NCBI RefSeq assembly: GCF_036321535.1 | Contig: NC_087436.1 | Coordinates: 51,462,001 to 51,526,000 of the forward strand | DNA length: 64,000 bases | Source of the DNA: Camelus dromedarius | Taxonomy: Eukaryota | Direction: 5' to 3' | In this document: one piece after another, positions 40,083 to 53,376 of the stretch | Position numbering within the stretch: position 1 is the first letter of the stretch | How the letters are laid out: the number at the start of each line of letters is the position of its first letter | Position numbers and translations under genes: made by a program | The notes under the pieces: generated by a model | What the model saw: only the letters and a program-made list of their open reading frames with translations | Told to the model about the DNA's origin: nothing | The model's database searches: none

Positions 40083-41929
40083 CATTTTAAAGCAATTGAG
40101 AGGCTCTTTTTCCCTTTTGGAGAGGGAGATCAGAACTGGTTTCCTACTGCAACATGACCAGGCATTTTCCAGAGTCTGGTGCCATCCTTCTTTCTTCCAC
40201 ACAGTTACAGAAGCCCTGAGTGCAGTCCTGTGGACTGCTCCTCGGGGTGAGGCTGGAAAAGGCCTGGGGCTGAAAGAAGCAGCTGTGAACTTCCAAGTCC
40301 ATGATTTCTCAGGCACTCTCCCTGGCTGTTTTTGTGTCTAGGGTCTATCAGGATCAGTTAAATCCACACTGGGCATGGTTAGAGCCCATGCTGGCAACCG
40401 CCCTGGAGGCAGAGACAGCAGTGCTAGGGCCTTTATCCTGACTTGTTTATTCTCCCACTTGTCAGGCTTAGGCAAAACAACAGGAAAAACCTAGGGTTAA
40501 AGTCAGTCCTTTCTCTGTTCTTCACAGGTAACATAAATTCGTTTTAGTCACTGTACATCTTTTTAATTTTGGTGCAGATTCTACAGTTTGTTTTAACTAT
40601 GTCTAATATTTTGGAGTATTGTAAAACTATAAAAATAGAGTTCTGGGAGATGGATGTTCTGGCGTGCAAAACATCTGAATGATGAATTGATAAGAAGCAT
40701 GAGAAATGAATGGAGCATGTAACCTTGAATCCAGGAACAGTTCATTGTTCACTGAATACCCGGATAGACTCTACCATAATATTAGCAGCAGCAGTAATAA
40801 GAGGAGAAATAGGAAAACAGAAAGAAGGAAATGTAATAACCGATGAATGAAGTTGAGAGGCAGGGATTTTAGGTACCTGGTGTCAAGAATGAGTAATAGG
40901 AGAGCAGCAGAACATGTGACAGGTTGGCATTAAGACAGTCTGGCCTTAGAAAAGGAGTATTTGGGGACACAGTGTGAAACACTTTATTATCCATGGCTTT
41001 GGCTCAGGACTGGCCAGGGAGAAATGAGGCAACACACAGAACAAGACAGAGGTAGGTAATGAGGGCACAGTGAGCAGCCCGGAAGCTGGGAGTCCAGGTC
41101 TGGAGATAATGTTAGGAAGCAAAGAGGCATGTGTAGTTCTTATCAGTAGTTCTTGGAATTGGTATCAATTCAAATTCAATCTCACAGCATTTGAACAGGT
41201 CTGTTTACAGTCCACTTTCCACTACTGAAACCAGACAGTGATGAGGTAATAAAAAGAGTGGGGCTGTTCCACTCTTTTAACCATATTTAAGCTCCATGTT
41301 CAGCCAATCCGTGGCTAACCTCTGGTTAAAATAAGAAACCTCTAGAAACTTTTTGTATATCCATGTGTATTCTCTTCCTCTGTGTTCATTTAAAAATACC
41401 TTTGAAAATCACCTATTTTGTCTCTTCTGATTCTTAACAACAAAGGAAACAAGAATCTAGAAAGAAGCCAGGAAAGAGCCTAGGAAGATTCAGGAGACCT
41501 GAACAACAAGAGTGTGGGAACCGGATGAGCTGGGTTGAGATCTGAGGTCCGGCTGCTCCGCCAGGAGGCCATGCCTTACAGGTAGAAAGCTACCCACTGG
41601 CATTTGAATGGGTCTCACATGGAAATCCAAGGACTGTGTATGACCAAGCAGTAAATCAACAAAGCATCTGGCAAAGGTGCTTCATTGCATTAGTAAGGAG
41701 TATTTAGCATTTTTAAAGACTTCTTATAGTCTTGAACCTCATTTATTCTTTAAAAGATATTAAATCATCTTGACAATAAAAGTGAACTAAGGCAGGAAAA
41801 AATCTTGGAAGTTTTTTTTTGGGCAATAAAAAATTTTTTTTTGGGTAGAGCTTAAGAAGCCTTTGGGAGCACCATCATATGTAGTATATGGACAGAATAT
41901 ATATGGAATATGAGAATGATTAGGGAAGA

Positions 41930-42200
41930 ACCTAAGTGTAGGAAGGCTGGAGAGAATGGTGAAACATGTTAGAGAACCTGCTAGGAGGCTTTTTCAGGAG
42001 GAAGGAGAGATAACTCATGGTCTGAATTAGAGTGGTGGTAGGGAAAATGGACAAGAAAAGACAGATGTCAAGTATTTCAAAAGAAAAGGTAACTGGACTT
42101 GATGACTGACTGTATAGGCTCTGAAGGAAAGTGCTGGATTTAAGATGGCTACACGATTACAAGGCAAAAGAGACAGTGCATTCATTACAGGAGGGGACAG
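41930..42200 (-). mobile_element. L2 fragment
   Basis: ggtctgaattagagtggtggtaggg...aactggacttgatgactgactgtatagg. Confidence 0.6.
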
Positions 42201-42404
42201 ATTACTGTCACGGAGCAGCACAGGTTGGGGTGCTGATGGGGTAGCTGCTGGCAATACAGTTACATAACACCAAATTAAATTAGACAAGTGTCCCTGAGTA
42301 GAGCATACTGGTTATAAACTTAGCTCCTATGTCACTAAACATTGACAATTACCTCCAAACACTTGTTTTGTGGAAGAAAAAGTATTCTGAAACAGGGACC
42401 CAAA

Positions 42405-42492
42405 GTTCATTTTGCTATATAAGGTAACAAATTCACAGATCTAGGAATCAGGATGTGAGTATCTGTAGGGAGCAGTTATTTAGCTTACTACA
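42405..42492 (-). mobile_element. MLT1 (MLT1D/E-like) LTR 5' fragment
   Basis: taaggtaacaaattcacagatctaggaatcaggatgtgagtatctgtaggggagcagttatttagcttactaca. Confidence 0.65.
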
Positions 42493-42838
42493 CTAATAGA
42501 TGGTGTTAATTCTAAAGGTATTGACATGAAACAGGAAAGTGGTAACAGCTCTCTAGTTCAACATGTCTTAACACTGTAAGCAATACCTATTTTTCCTTGA
42601 TCAAGAGTTTATATTATGCACATGATCCAAATTATATCCATCACCACACCATCAACACATCCTTAGTCTGTAAACCAGGATAGGATATTTTGAGAGGTAT
42701 CTGCATCCACTGAGTTATAGTTGCTTTGAAAATCTACTGGCCAGCATTTTTCAAACTGATTGTTGGGGATCTCATGGTGTGTGGGCAAATTATAATTGTT
42801 TACAGCTACCAACCTCTGGACAATAGGATGATGGTGAG

Positions 42839-43311
42839 TGTGATGGTTAATTTTATGTGTCAGTTGGCTTGGTTATGGTGCCCAGTAGTTTGGTCAAACC
42901 CCACTCTGGATGTTACTGGGAAAGTAGTTAATTAATTAAGATTAAGTAGCTAAGTAATTAATCTAAGATTAATATTTAATAATAATAAATAATAAATAAT
43001 TATTAATAATAAGTAGACTTTGAGTAAGGCAGATTACCCTCCACTTTGTGGGAAAGCCTCATCCAATCAGTTGAGGGCCCTAGGAGAAAAGACAGGTTCA
43101 CCAAAGAAGAAAGAATTCAGTCTCCAGACTCCCTTTGGACTCAGGCTGTAATATGAACCTCTGCCAGAATTTCCAGGCTGCCAGCTGGCCCGGCAGAGTT
43201 CAGAATGGCCAGCCTCACAACCCCATGAGCCAGTTCCTAAAAGTAAACCTCTCTCTATCTCTCTTGGTACATACATTGCTTCAGTTTCTCTGGCGAATCT
43301 TGACTAATTCA
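42839..43311 (+). mobile_element. ERVL solo LTR (MLT2C/D-like)
   Basis: Starts tgtgatggttaattttatgtgtca and ends gtttctctggcgaatcttgactaattca; contains an AT-rich expansion at about 42925-43015. Confidence 0.88.
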
Positions 43312-44569
43312 ACAAGGAAAACGACTGTAGTGGTTTTGATAAACCATAACAAGACATAAAAAACAAATTCTTCTACATCATTGAGTTTCTATTCTTCTCA
43401 GAGTAATGCAATGAATCCTTACACCTGCAGTGACACTAAAATAATATTTGGTAACTATTTGGTAATGGCAGAATCCAGAGAGAAAAGGAGCCCCTTTAGG
43501 AAGTGAAAGGAGAAGGTATGAGGGTAGGTTAGTAATAGGATGATATGGAGGAGGTTTCTGGACCTGTCAAGAGTTTCAGAGGATAGAAATTCTAGGCTTG
43601 AAAATTATCACTGCACAACATCTGTAAAAGAGGGAGATCCTTAAGGAGCAACTTACTCAACTGATAATTTGTAAAAAGCCCATTTCTACTGTGTGTGTGT
43701 GTGACTGAGGCAAACCCATGCATGTATTTTTCTTAAAATGAGTGAATATTACAGGGACTATTTTCTGTTACCAGTTACTAATGATCAATACTTATGTTTT
43801 TTTCCCTGACTCTATGATAACCATATACATTTAAACTTACTACTTTTGCCCCTGAAAAATCTACACTTTTTGTGTCAGCCTGGAGAAGATGAACATATGT
43901 GTCTCAGTTATTTAAGCACAGACAGTTCAGTGCAGTTCCGAAGCCTCATATGCCAATTTTCCTTTCTGTTAATGGCAGATGCCATAGATAAGAGCTAGAA
44001 AGGAAAGAAAAAACAAGAAAAGAAAAGAAAACGACATTATCTGTAGCTGCCTTATCTTTCTACAAAGAAGAGCTCTTCTATTTTTGGAGTTCAAATAGTG
44101 CTAGTCAAATACCTAATCTTTACCGGAGTTTGATTGATTTTAGTGTATGGTTAACCTTGCGGCCATTAACAAGTTAATTAATGTAGTAAATATTTATAGA
44201 GGGCTAGAAACTCTTCTAGGCACTGGGAATAAATCCATGAACAAAACAGATAAGACTCCTTCCTAAAGGATAGTATTTGCCCATAGAAGCAAAATGGGTA
44301 ATTTGAAGAAAATCATGCACTATGAAAAAAAAAATCACTGTTTTTAGAATTTCAAAAAAACCCACAAAGAGTATCTAAGATAATTTCAAACTTGCCTTTA
44401 TAAGTAATTCATTAAAGTAGTAATTTTAAATTATCAGAAATAATTCATAACCCCTCCTCTACATGGAAGATCATCTCTCTAGGAAGCTTCCTCTGACTGC
44501 CCCTCTAACTGGGCTTCTGAGCCCCCATGAGGCTGTATATAGCTCCTCACAGGGTATTGGGCTGTGGTG

Positions 44570-44800
44570 GCCAGGTGGGTAATAATACGGCCACCTCAGC
44601 TGGGCTGACTCGATCCAAGCCCCAGCCCTGCCACCACTTGAGCAAATGATATAAACTCTCAATGCCTCATCTGTAAATCAGAGTTTAAAACTGTACTCAC
44701 AATGGGTTTGTTGAGAGGAATTAAATGAGATAAAGTAAGTAAGGTGCTTAGAATTATTATTGACACAGAGTACACAAAATGCAAGTGTTAGCTCTTACTA
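44570..44800 (+). mobile_element. MIR SINE
   Basis: cccagccctgccaccacttgagcaaatga...cctcatctgtaaa...gttgagaggaattaaatgagataa...aggtgcttagaa. Confidence 0.75.
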
Positions 44801-45539
44801 GCGAGCACACACTATGTTAGTGATATTTATTTTTGTGATTTTATTTTCTCTTCCCTCTTCTTGGGTGCCCTCTGAGTGTATAGGTTTTATTTATTTATCT
44901 CACATTCCTCTACCTCCCCTCAGTGTCTAGAAGAGCACCTAGAGCAAAGTAGAGTATGTTAAACTTCTTCTAAGAATTCATGAGGGCAAGGTATGTACCA
45001 AATGAAATGTAGGTTCACTACAAAGAAAGTAGGTTCAAGCGGCAGTTAATTGAAACTTTACATAATCCTCTTCTGTTTCTTTTGGATACTGCTTTCTTTT
45101 TTACTTGGTAACATCTTGTATTCTCTGAATCAATCTGCATCTCCAATTACTTTTGGATATTTTGCAGAATTTGGGGGTCTTGGGGAGTAGTTAATCAGCA
45201 CTGTCATTCTTTGCCCAGTATTTGCTTTAGAGATACTATCCACTGATACAGACTTTCAGGAGAAACCAAAAGATCTACATGGTATTCTAGGTGCAAAGAT
45301 TTGGGGAACACTTGGATACTTTGGGAAGCATTATAAAACCATAATGAATGGTTTTGTAAATCACAAATTATTTTGCATTTCCACAGCTGCTCTCCAAAGT
45401 AGATATGACATGGTTGAGTCCTGCTTTCCTTCAGAAGCATCTTCTTTACTTGGCTCTCAAGACAATATATTCCTACTTCAGCGGACATTCCTGCAGGGGC
45501 CTCCTTTGATAGAAACTGTTCTTCTGCACCTCTAAACAC

Positions 45540-46050
45540 TGCACTGTGGGGACTCAGACCTCTGCTCTGAACTACATTTTCTACAGAACGATTTCATCCA
45601 GGTCATAGCTGTGACTACCACGTATGACCTCCTCCTGGGCTTTTGACAATCTCTCAGTAAGTCTCACCATCTTCACCTTTAAATATCTACCCAGGAAGAG
45701 CAAGTGTCTTCACCCTCACTGCTACCACCAAATGACAGCGATCATTCTGTCTCCCCTGAGCTAATCTTTTTAAATGTAAGTTCAGTGATACCAAATCACA
45801 TTTAAAATCTTTGCATGACTTATCATCACCTCCCAACTCTCTATACTCTCACTTTGTCTTGTTTTTATCATAACCAGCATTGCTATTTGAAATAATACTG
45901 CTTATTTTGTTATTGCTGTTAATTATTTGTTCTGTTGTCCTCACTAAAATAAAAGCACCGTAAAGACACTGTTCTCTAATAGCCACCTGTGTCTGGAGAA
46001 CCTAGAAGAGTGTCCAACACTTCGTTTACACTTGTAATATGAATGAACAA
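45540..46050 (+). mobile_element. L2 3' fragments
   Basis: Ends agaacctagaagagtgtccaacac...tgaatgaacaa, an L2 tail. Confidence 0.6.
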
Positions 46051-47389
46051 ACAAGACTGCTTCATAGACTGTTGGATCAAAGTTTTGTTAATTGGGAGAA
46101 AACATTACATTTGCATACTTCTTTTTTCATCTATACCCATGAGGTCCTCAATTATTACACAGCAGTTCCTTTACTGTAACAACACAAATATGTGATGTTA
46201 CAGTAATGGCAGAGAGCAGAATGAGAAGGGATTCTGAGTGTTGCTGCAAGGTGGAGAAGGGCTTACCACTCATGGGTTAGGGTGGTCAAGGGCTGGCCTA
46301 CATGCTGGTTGGACTCAGGATGGCACATCGCCTATCTCTGCAATGTTACAATGTGTCCCGAGACCTGGGAGGTTTCTCTGATTCTGCAAGATAATTATTC
46401 TGTCTTCCCTATGCTGCCCGTGGACTCAAAGCCAAATGTGCTTCCTTGTCTGGCGAATAACTGAAGTATGCGGAAGGCATATTCTGGCCCTGGTATTACT
46501 TTTCTTCCATTTTTTCCTTCCTTTAAAAAAATATTTTACTTATATCCGTCAATCACAGTTATGTTTATAAGCATACTTTTCAAACTTCACATCTGGAGAA
46601 ATACAAAATTTTTGAAGAAACACTGTAAAAGTGAGTAACAGCAGTATAATACTGAAGAAATTCTCTTTTTTGGTTAATCAAGTAAAAAACCATTTTGAAG
46701 GATTTAAAGTGGTTGTTTTATTTTATCATTATTTGCTACAAATTGAACCATCAGTTCATGAAATTAGCTTGGTAATAAGCTAAAAACATCCTTGGTAGGA
46801 GATGTGAAGATCTGTACTTGTAAGCTGTGTTATCAAAAAAAATGAAGTGAAAGAATCTATAATTTTTACAGTCAATTTACATGCCAAGTCTCCAATTTGC
46901 TCAATCACTACAAGTTTTGATAATATGTTATGTGTAAATCTGTCCCTAATTTCATGTATTTACTTAACAGTGATGCATTTGTTACTAATTTGAAGCGCAT
47001 TTACATGACTACATTTTTTATCACCTATTATCTCGCATTTCAGAACGAAGAATAATCTTCACCATTTTATTTCTTTTACATTGATTTCTTCATTGCTTCC
47101 AATTTTATCAGGTGGTCTAAAATGAAAACTGAAAAGGTCCATACAACTTCTTACATCACAAAATTCATACTTTGGGAAGACATTTTAAAATATTTTTATA
47201 AAAATATTCTTGATATTATTTCTAACTGTTCCTAATTTTCTTTCCAGGGAGTAAGATTAGTAATTCCTTCTTTGCAAAAACTCTTCTATGTAGAACTATG
47301 CTATATTATAAGATCCAGGGCTCAGTAGGTATCAAGGAAAGGAGTAGTCACAAATAATTTAAAAATATAATTTTAAAGTAAGGCGTTTT

Positions 47390-48720
47390 GATGTTAACAA
47401 AACCATAAAATAACTAGAAATAAATCTAACAAAAATTTTCAAGAATTTCATAAAATATAATATTTTTTGGAAAGACATAAAAAGACCCAAATAAATAAAG
47501 TATCATGCTTACGGACGGAATGAATTAAGTGTAATACAAATGGCAGTTTTTACCAAACTAATTATATTTAATTTTAATTTTATTAGAGCCTTTCATGGAA
47601 TTTGACAAACTGATCCTAAATATGGTAGGACAATTAAAGGAAGAATAAGAGCAAAAACAATTCAAATAATAATAATAAACTCTAATAGATAAGTTTTATT
47701 ATGAATTGAATTATATGCCTACATAAGATACCACATAAATTAAAAGACAAACCATCAATTAGGTAGACATTTGCAATGTACATAACTGAAAAATGTTACT
47801 ATTCAGAATATATATATATATATATTGAAAGAGAAAAATCTCCCAAAATTCAATACGAAAAAAATAACCGACAGAAATAAATGGAGACTATTAAATAGAA
47901 ATTCATTGAAGAAAAATGAAATTGTAAATAAACAGAAGAAAAATGCTCAACTATATTTGTAATGAAAATATTAATTAAAATGTGAGATAACACATCACAC
48001 CTGTCAAACTGCCTCTCAATTTTTAACATTGAAAAGATGTGGAGCAATGGCACAATACTGATGGTGGAATTATTTATAAATTGATACAAATATTTTCCAC
48101 AGAGATTTAAACATAGTTAGCACTAAAGTACATCACTGTTTAACTCAGAAATTCTATTGGTAACCGTATTTCCTGTGAAACTATCACACACACATAGGTA
48201 TTCATATGCAAGAATGTTCATTGTAGAATTAATCGCAACAATAAAAAAATTGGAAACATTATTATCCATTTATAGGAAAAAGATACACATTGTGGTATAG
48301 TCAAACAATTTGATGCTACAGAATATATCAAATGAATGACCTAGATCTACATAAAGACATGTATAAATATAAAAAATTAGTTATTGGGCAAAAATAGTAA
48401 GTTGATGGAAAGTGTGATATCATTTACACAAAATCTATAAAACTTCACAAGAATGTATATGAATTATGGAAACAGACATTTTTAGTAAAAGGATGAAGAA
48501 CTGCATGGGAATGATCACCAAGAAATTAAATTAATTAATAGTTGCTTTTCAAATGTGTGGAATCACAGAGGGAAGTATAAAGAAATTCAACTAGATCTGT
48601 AATATTTTACTTCTTAAAAAATGATCTGAAGCAAATGAGACAAAATGTTAAGATTTGGTGATGCTAAATGACAGGTACAAATTTGTTTTATTGTTCTCCA
48701 CATTTTTCTGCATGTTTAAA
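47390..48720 (+). mobile_element. Old L1 (L1ME-like) ORF2 end and 3' UTR, decayed
   Basis: A-rich; aactagaaataaatctaacaaaa, ggaatttgacaaactgatcctaaa, aagaatgttcattgtag, tgtggtatagtca and terminal tttttctgcatgtttaaattattt. Confidence 0.75.
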
Positions 48721-49507
48721 TTATTTGCTAACACAAAAAGAAACAACTCGATGACATTTAGTTCTCCTCTACTCAGATAGCAAATGAGCTATTTTCTGTG
48801 AATCTAGAGATATTAAAAGTCCAAGAGAAATCTTAGAGCTACAGTGACTACCACATCCATACTAAATATCCAGTTACATGCTCCACACTTCACAGACATA
48901 TTAAGAGATAATATTCTGAGTTAATACTTTCACATATCACTGGTGATTGTATGCTGTCCTCTTTCAGATTAAGATACTAGTACTTGTAAATGGTTATACA
49001 CTCTGACATGCTTTTCTAGAAATAGGCAGGGGCTTTACTAAGCCAGTTCTCCTTTCTGGGTGAAGGCACATGATCTGCCTCAAAGTAACTCAGTTTCCTC
49101 TTCCGTAAACTAACTGCCACTTATGGTGATTTAAGAAGCAACTGTAGCCACTTTTAAAAACTAGCTAAATGACTTATTTTTTTCCAATGCACCACAGGAG
49201 ATTCTCAGCATTACCCAGCCTTTGAAAGGTTCTGAAGAGAAGTTAGGGAAATTCATGTACCTGCTGCAATAAAACTTTCATAAGACTCTGAAGAAGATAG
49301 CTTAAAGCTCAGAACAGGGGAGAGTTACAGAGACACTAATGCAATTGCATTTGCCCAGGTGTGCTGTTCCACCTCACCACCATACCAAGTCAGTGGCATT
49401 CAAGGTGATTTCATGGTGGCCCAGACCACGTGTGTTTTTATATGCATCTACAATCAAAACAGAAGTTGCTCACAGTGATATTTAATCTTATTTTAAGAAA
49501 TACACTC

Positions 49508-49973
49508 TGGAAACAACCTAGATGTCCGTCGACAGATGACTGAATAAAGAAGATGTGGTAAATATATAGAATGGACTATTACTCAGCCATAAAAAGAAGT
49601 AAATAATGTCTTTTGCAGCAACATGGCTGGACCGATAGATTATCATTTTAAGTAAAGTAAGCCAGACAAAGACAAATATCATATGATACCACTTATATGT
49701 GGAATATAAAAAAAAGACACAATTTTTTTTTTATAAACCAAAAATAGAAAACAAATTATGGTTACCAAATTTGGGAAAGGGGTAAATTAGGAGATTGGTA
49801 TATTCAATTTCTTGTAATAACATATAATGGAAAAGCAGGATGAATTATCTCTAGAGATTTGCTGTACATCGCTGTACCTACAGTCAATAAATAGTGAATT
49901 ATACCCCTAAAAATTTGTTAAGAGGGTAGATACCATGTTAAGTGTTCTTACCTCAATAAAATAAAATTTAAAA
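49508..49973 (+). mobile_element. 5'-truncated, relatively young L1 insertion with 13-bp TSD
   Basis: tggaaacaacctagatgtcc...actcagccataaaaag...gcagcaacatgg, ending caataaaataaaatttaaaa. TSD aagaaatacactc (49495-49507) and aagaaatgcactc (49974-49986) at a tttt/aagaaa L1 endonuclease-type site. Confidence 0.9.
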
Positions 49974-51414
49974 AAGAAATGCACTCATATTTTCTATTTG
50001 AGTGTGTTACATATCAGTAAAAAATTCCCTATTATAATCTCCTATATTGATTTCACAGCCCCTGATGATTCATACACTATAAAGTCACTCATGAATTATT
50101 TCTGTAACTGTTATGTTCCAAAGTCCTACATTGTAGTAATATATTAAGTACATTTGGAAACCTTTTCTAGTTCCAAGGATAACTTTTTTTCTATGGAAAA
50201 TTCTTACCAATGGAAAATGGTATTTTTAAATCAATAATGAAGCACTACAGGGTAAGAGAACATTAAAGCAGATTTGATTTCTTGTATACTTTCGATCTTA
50301 TCTCTGCAACACTCCCACCCCCTCAACTCTGACTGCTTAGGGAAAAAAAAAATCAACTGAGGAAGTTTATTGGCTAGACCAGAGCGAAATGACCAAGACA
50401 TAGTGGCATGAAATGGCAATTTACTTATTACAAATCAAGTGACAGCGAACTAAGCTAGGATTTTACCAAAATCAACTTGGAAAAGAATAGAGGATGGAGT
50501 AGTAATAAGATACATAGCTTTGATTAACACAGCATTTTGCTTCATACTTTTAAAGAACCATAAGTATCTGTGGGTAATTCCATGGCTCATCCTTAGGACA
50601 GGTCAGTACTCAAGGATGCTCTCTTTGTTCCTTATATGTTCTCTTTGTTCCTCCCTCACATGGTCCTAACCTCCAATTTATTTCAGCCAAAATACAGAGT
50701 AATAAATAATAAATGTTTAGTAAGTAAAAATTTCACCAAACAATTGGAGAGCTGTCCTGAGGTATGGAAGTCTAGAATTACACCAAATTCATTGTTTGCT
50801 GAATTTTCCTCTCAGACTATCTCTAGTGGTGTTTCTACAGAAGCTCCCCAAATACCTACCATTAATTCCACTTTATGTATGAAGGCTTTTCAAATCTTAC
50901 CAATTCAACTTGAACATTATGAAAATGCAGGTGCAAGGTCTTAAAGACCAGATATTTTGAAGCTGGCATTGATCCAAGATTATAGAGTCAAGGAGGCAAG
51001 CAAAACGAGTTTAGCCATATTCATGTCTATCTTGCATATTTTTATTACGTAATTGGTATTATGTTACTTCGCACTTTCACTAGGAGTTAGAGCCTAATGT
51101 TATAGGGTTTTTTGCTTCTGTTATGGATTTAATAGCATCTGTTATCTAGCAATACCCAGGAAACATGGTTTCTGAATGAATTACCTAGATTATATTGAAC
51201 TTTCCATTTTAAGCTTCTTTTAAAAAATGTAATTGTTTTATTAAAATATTTTTTCAAATACAGAATAATCATTAAATTCTAGTATTGGTCCAAAATTTTC
51301 ATATGCTATTAAGCTTCCAACCTTTGTAAAGAGAGAGAAATATTTTCTCTTTGTCAGAGATAGTATGCAGGTGAGTTATCTGGCAGGTCTGCAATACACT
51401 GCAGCAATGAGAGG

Positions 51415-51700
51415 CTGATACACTTGGCTATCCATTGGAATCACCTGGGAGACTTAAAAAGTGCTGATACCTGGGACTCACTCCCAGATTCTTCATTAAT
51501 TTGGGTGTGTGGCTTAGGCATGGGATGTCCTAGAAGCTCTGCAGTTAATTATAATATTCTCCAAGTTTGAGAACCATTGCTCTAAATCCTTGATACTCAA
51601 TGAAAGGTCTGAGGACTAACAGCATCAGCTTTACCTGGAAACTTGTTTAAAAAGGAGATGCTTAACTGTACCCCAAACCTGTTGAATCAGATCCACACAA
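51415..51700. mobile_element. Two adjacent hAT-Charlie MER5-like fragments
   Basis: ggaatcacctgggagactt...aagtttgagaaccattg followed by cagcatcagctttacctggaaacttgtt...ccccaaacctgttgaatcaga. Confidence 0.7.
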
Positions 51701-52758
51701 TCCCAAAATCCAATTTAACCCAGCCAGAATTCTTTTTCTATAAAAATAAAGACCAAATGTATTCCATTATTTCCACTCTAAAATTCTTACTCTACAACCT
51801 AAATAAGATACTGAGAAGCACTTTCAAACCTACTTAGATTTCCTTACCTATAAAATGAGAGACCAAAACCATTCTATTCTTTCCAGTCCCACAATGCTCA
51901 TCTCACAAACCTAGACAAATATAACGCTGAGGGGATTTGTAAAAATTGTGTCACAATTCCATTTTGTGCATACACTTTCTCTTCCACAGAACTCCTGTTT
52001 CCTTTTTCTTTCCTCACTGGGGCACATCATTTAAGACCCAGGTAAAATCCCACCTCCTTTATGAAGCACGTCTTGAAAAATAATATAGCTTTTCTCTGAA
52101 ATTCTACTGTCAGCATAATCAGTTCCACAAAGTGCAGCACATTGTTTCCTTCTACTATTACATATATGTTACCTTGTTTCCCCCAGTCAAATGATGAGTG
52201 TTTTAAGTGAGGAATCATATCATGTTCCTTTTCTAGCCTAGCCTAATAGCTGACTTTTCTAAGTATACTGTTAAAATGCATATGGGATATAAAAATACAT
52301 TTTCACTACTTTCACAAGAACACTTACTCAAAACTAGCCTGTCACTGACCTTTCCCGTATGTAGTATCACCATACAAAATATAGGCTGTCACACATCCAG
52401 GTGAATCATACTTGGCTGTGCCTTAAGACTTCTATTCTTTTCTTTCCACACCCCTCAGGCCTGCCAGCCTGACAATAAAACTGCTTCAAATAGCACAGGA
52501 ATGCTACAGAAAAAACTTGTGCTCATTAGTCCTACAGTATGCCTACGGGTACCCCTCGTATTCTTTAGTTCCAAGCCTGTCTTACTCACTGTTACATCTC
52601 CATAATAGTGTTTGGCAAATACTGGGCACATAAGTAGATTATAAATAGTGTGTCAATCAAAAATGCAGGAAGAAACAATATAGAAAATAGGCTACTGAGC
52701 TCATAGTAACATTCAGAAGTATGTTTTTTCTCATAGTAACTCCTATATATAATTTTCT

Positions 52759-52782
52759 TTATATATATATATATATATATAT
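52759..52782. repeat. (TA)n microsatellite
   Basis: Perfect TA run of about 11 units. Confidence 0.9.
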
Positions 52783-52784
52783 TT

Positions 52785-53230
52785 CTGTGATACAAATATT
52801 ATGCAGTCATCATAGAAAACACAGACTAAGTAAAATGAAAAAAACAGAATCCCTGAAATTGCACAACCCAAACATAACTAATGTTAACAGGTGCATATCT
52901 GTCCAGATCATCAATTTATTTATATATACATATATATATAAACATATGCTATTAAATGTATATACTTTTTAAAACAGAGGATCACACTCTACCTACTGCT
53001 ATATATCCTGCTTTTATTCAATTACATATATATCAAAGCATCGCTACAGCCAGCAAATCAATTTATGATAAAATTTGTTTATGATGGTTGCATTAATGGA
53101 TGCACCAAAATTTATTTGATAAATTACCTATCTTTGGAGGGTTAAGTTATCTTCATTTTTGGTAATTATAAATAATTCTATGATGAGTAATTTCCATCAC
53201 ACATTACCCAGACATTTTCTTAAAATAAAA
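52785..53230 (-). mobile_element. Old L1 (L1ME-like) 3' fragment
   Basis: cacaacccaaacataactaatgttaac...atggatgcaccaaaatttattt...ttataaataattctatgatgag. Confidence 0.55.
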
Positions 53231-53376
53231 GTCAGTTCTCTCATCAGGGGATGGGAATTGTCTAAAACATCTCATTTGCAATGCAGCTAGTTATATTCTT
53301 TGCTATAATATTTACTAAGTAGTTACATACAGTGAAATATGACAAAGAATAACTGATACAGTTGGAAAATACTCAC

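Larger units (their letters stand above)
32077..53376 (-). other. BANK1: BANK1 intron between the two visible exons (21.3 kb, GT-AG)
   Basis: Bounded by gtgagt (53376-53371) and cag (32079-32077) on the minus strand. I found no other BANK1-like coding sequence inside. Confidence 0.9.
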
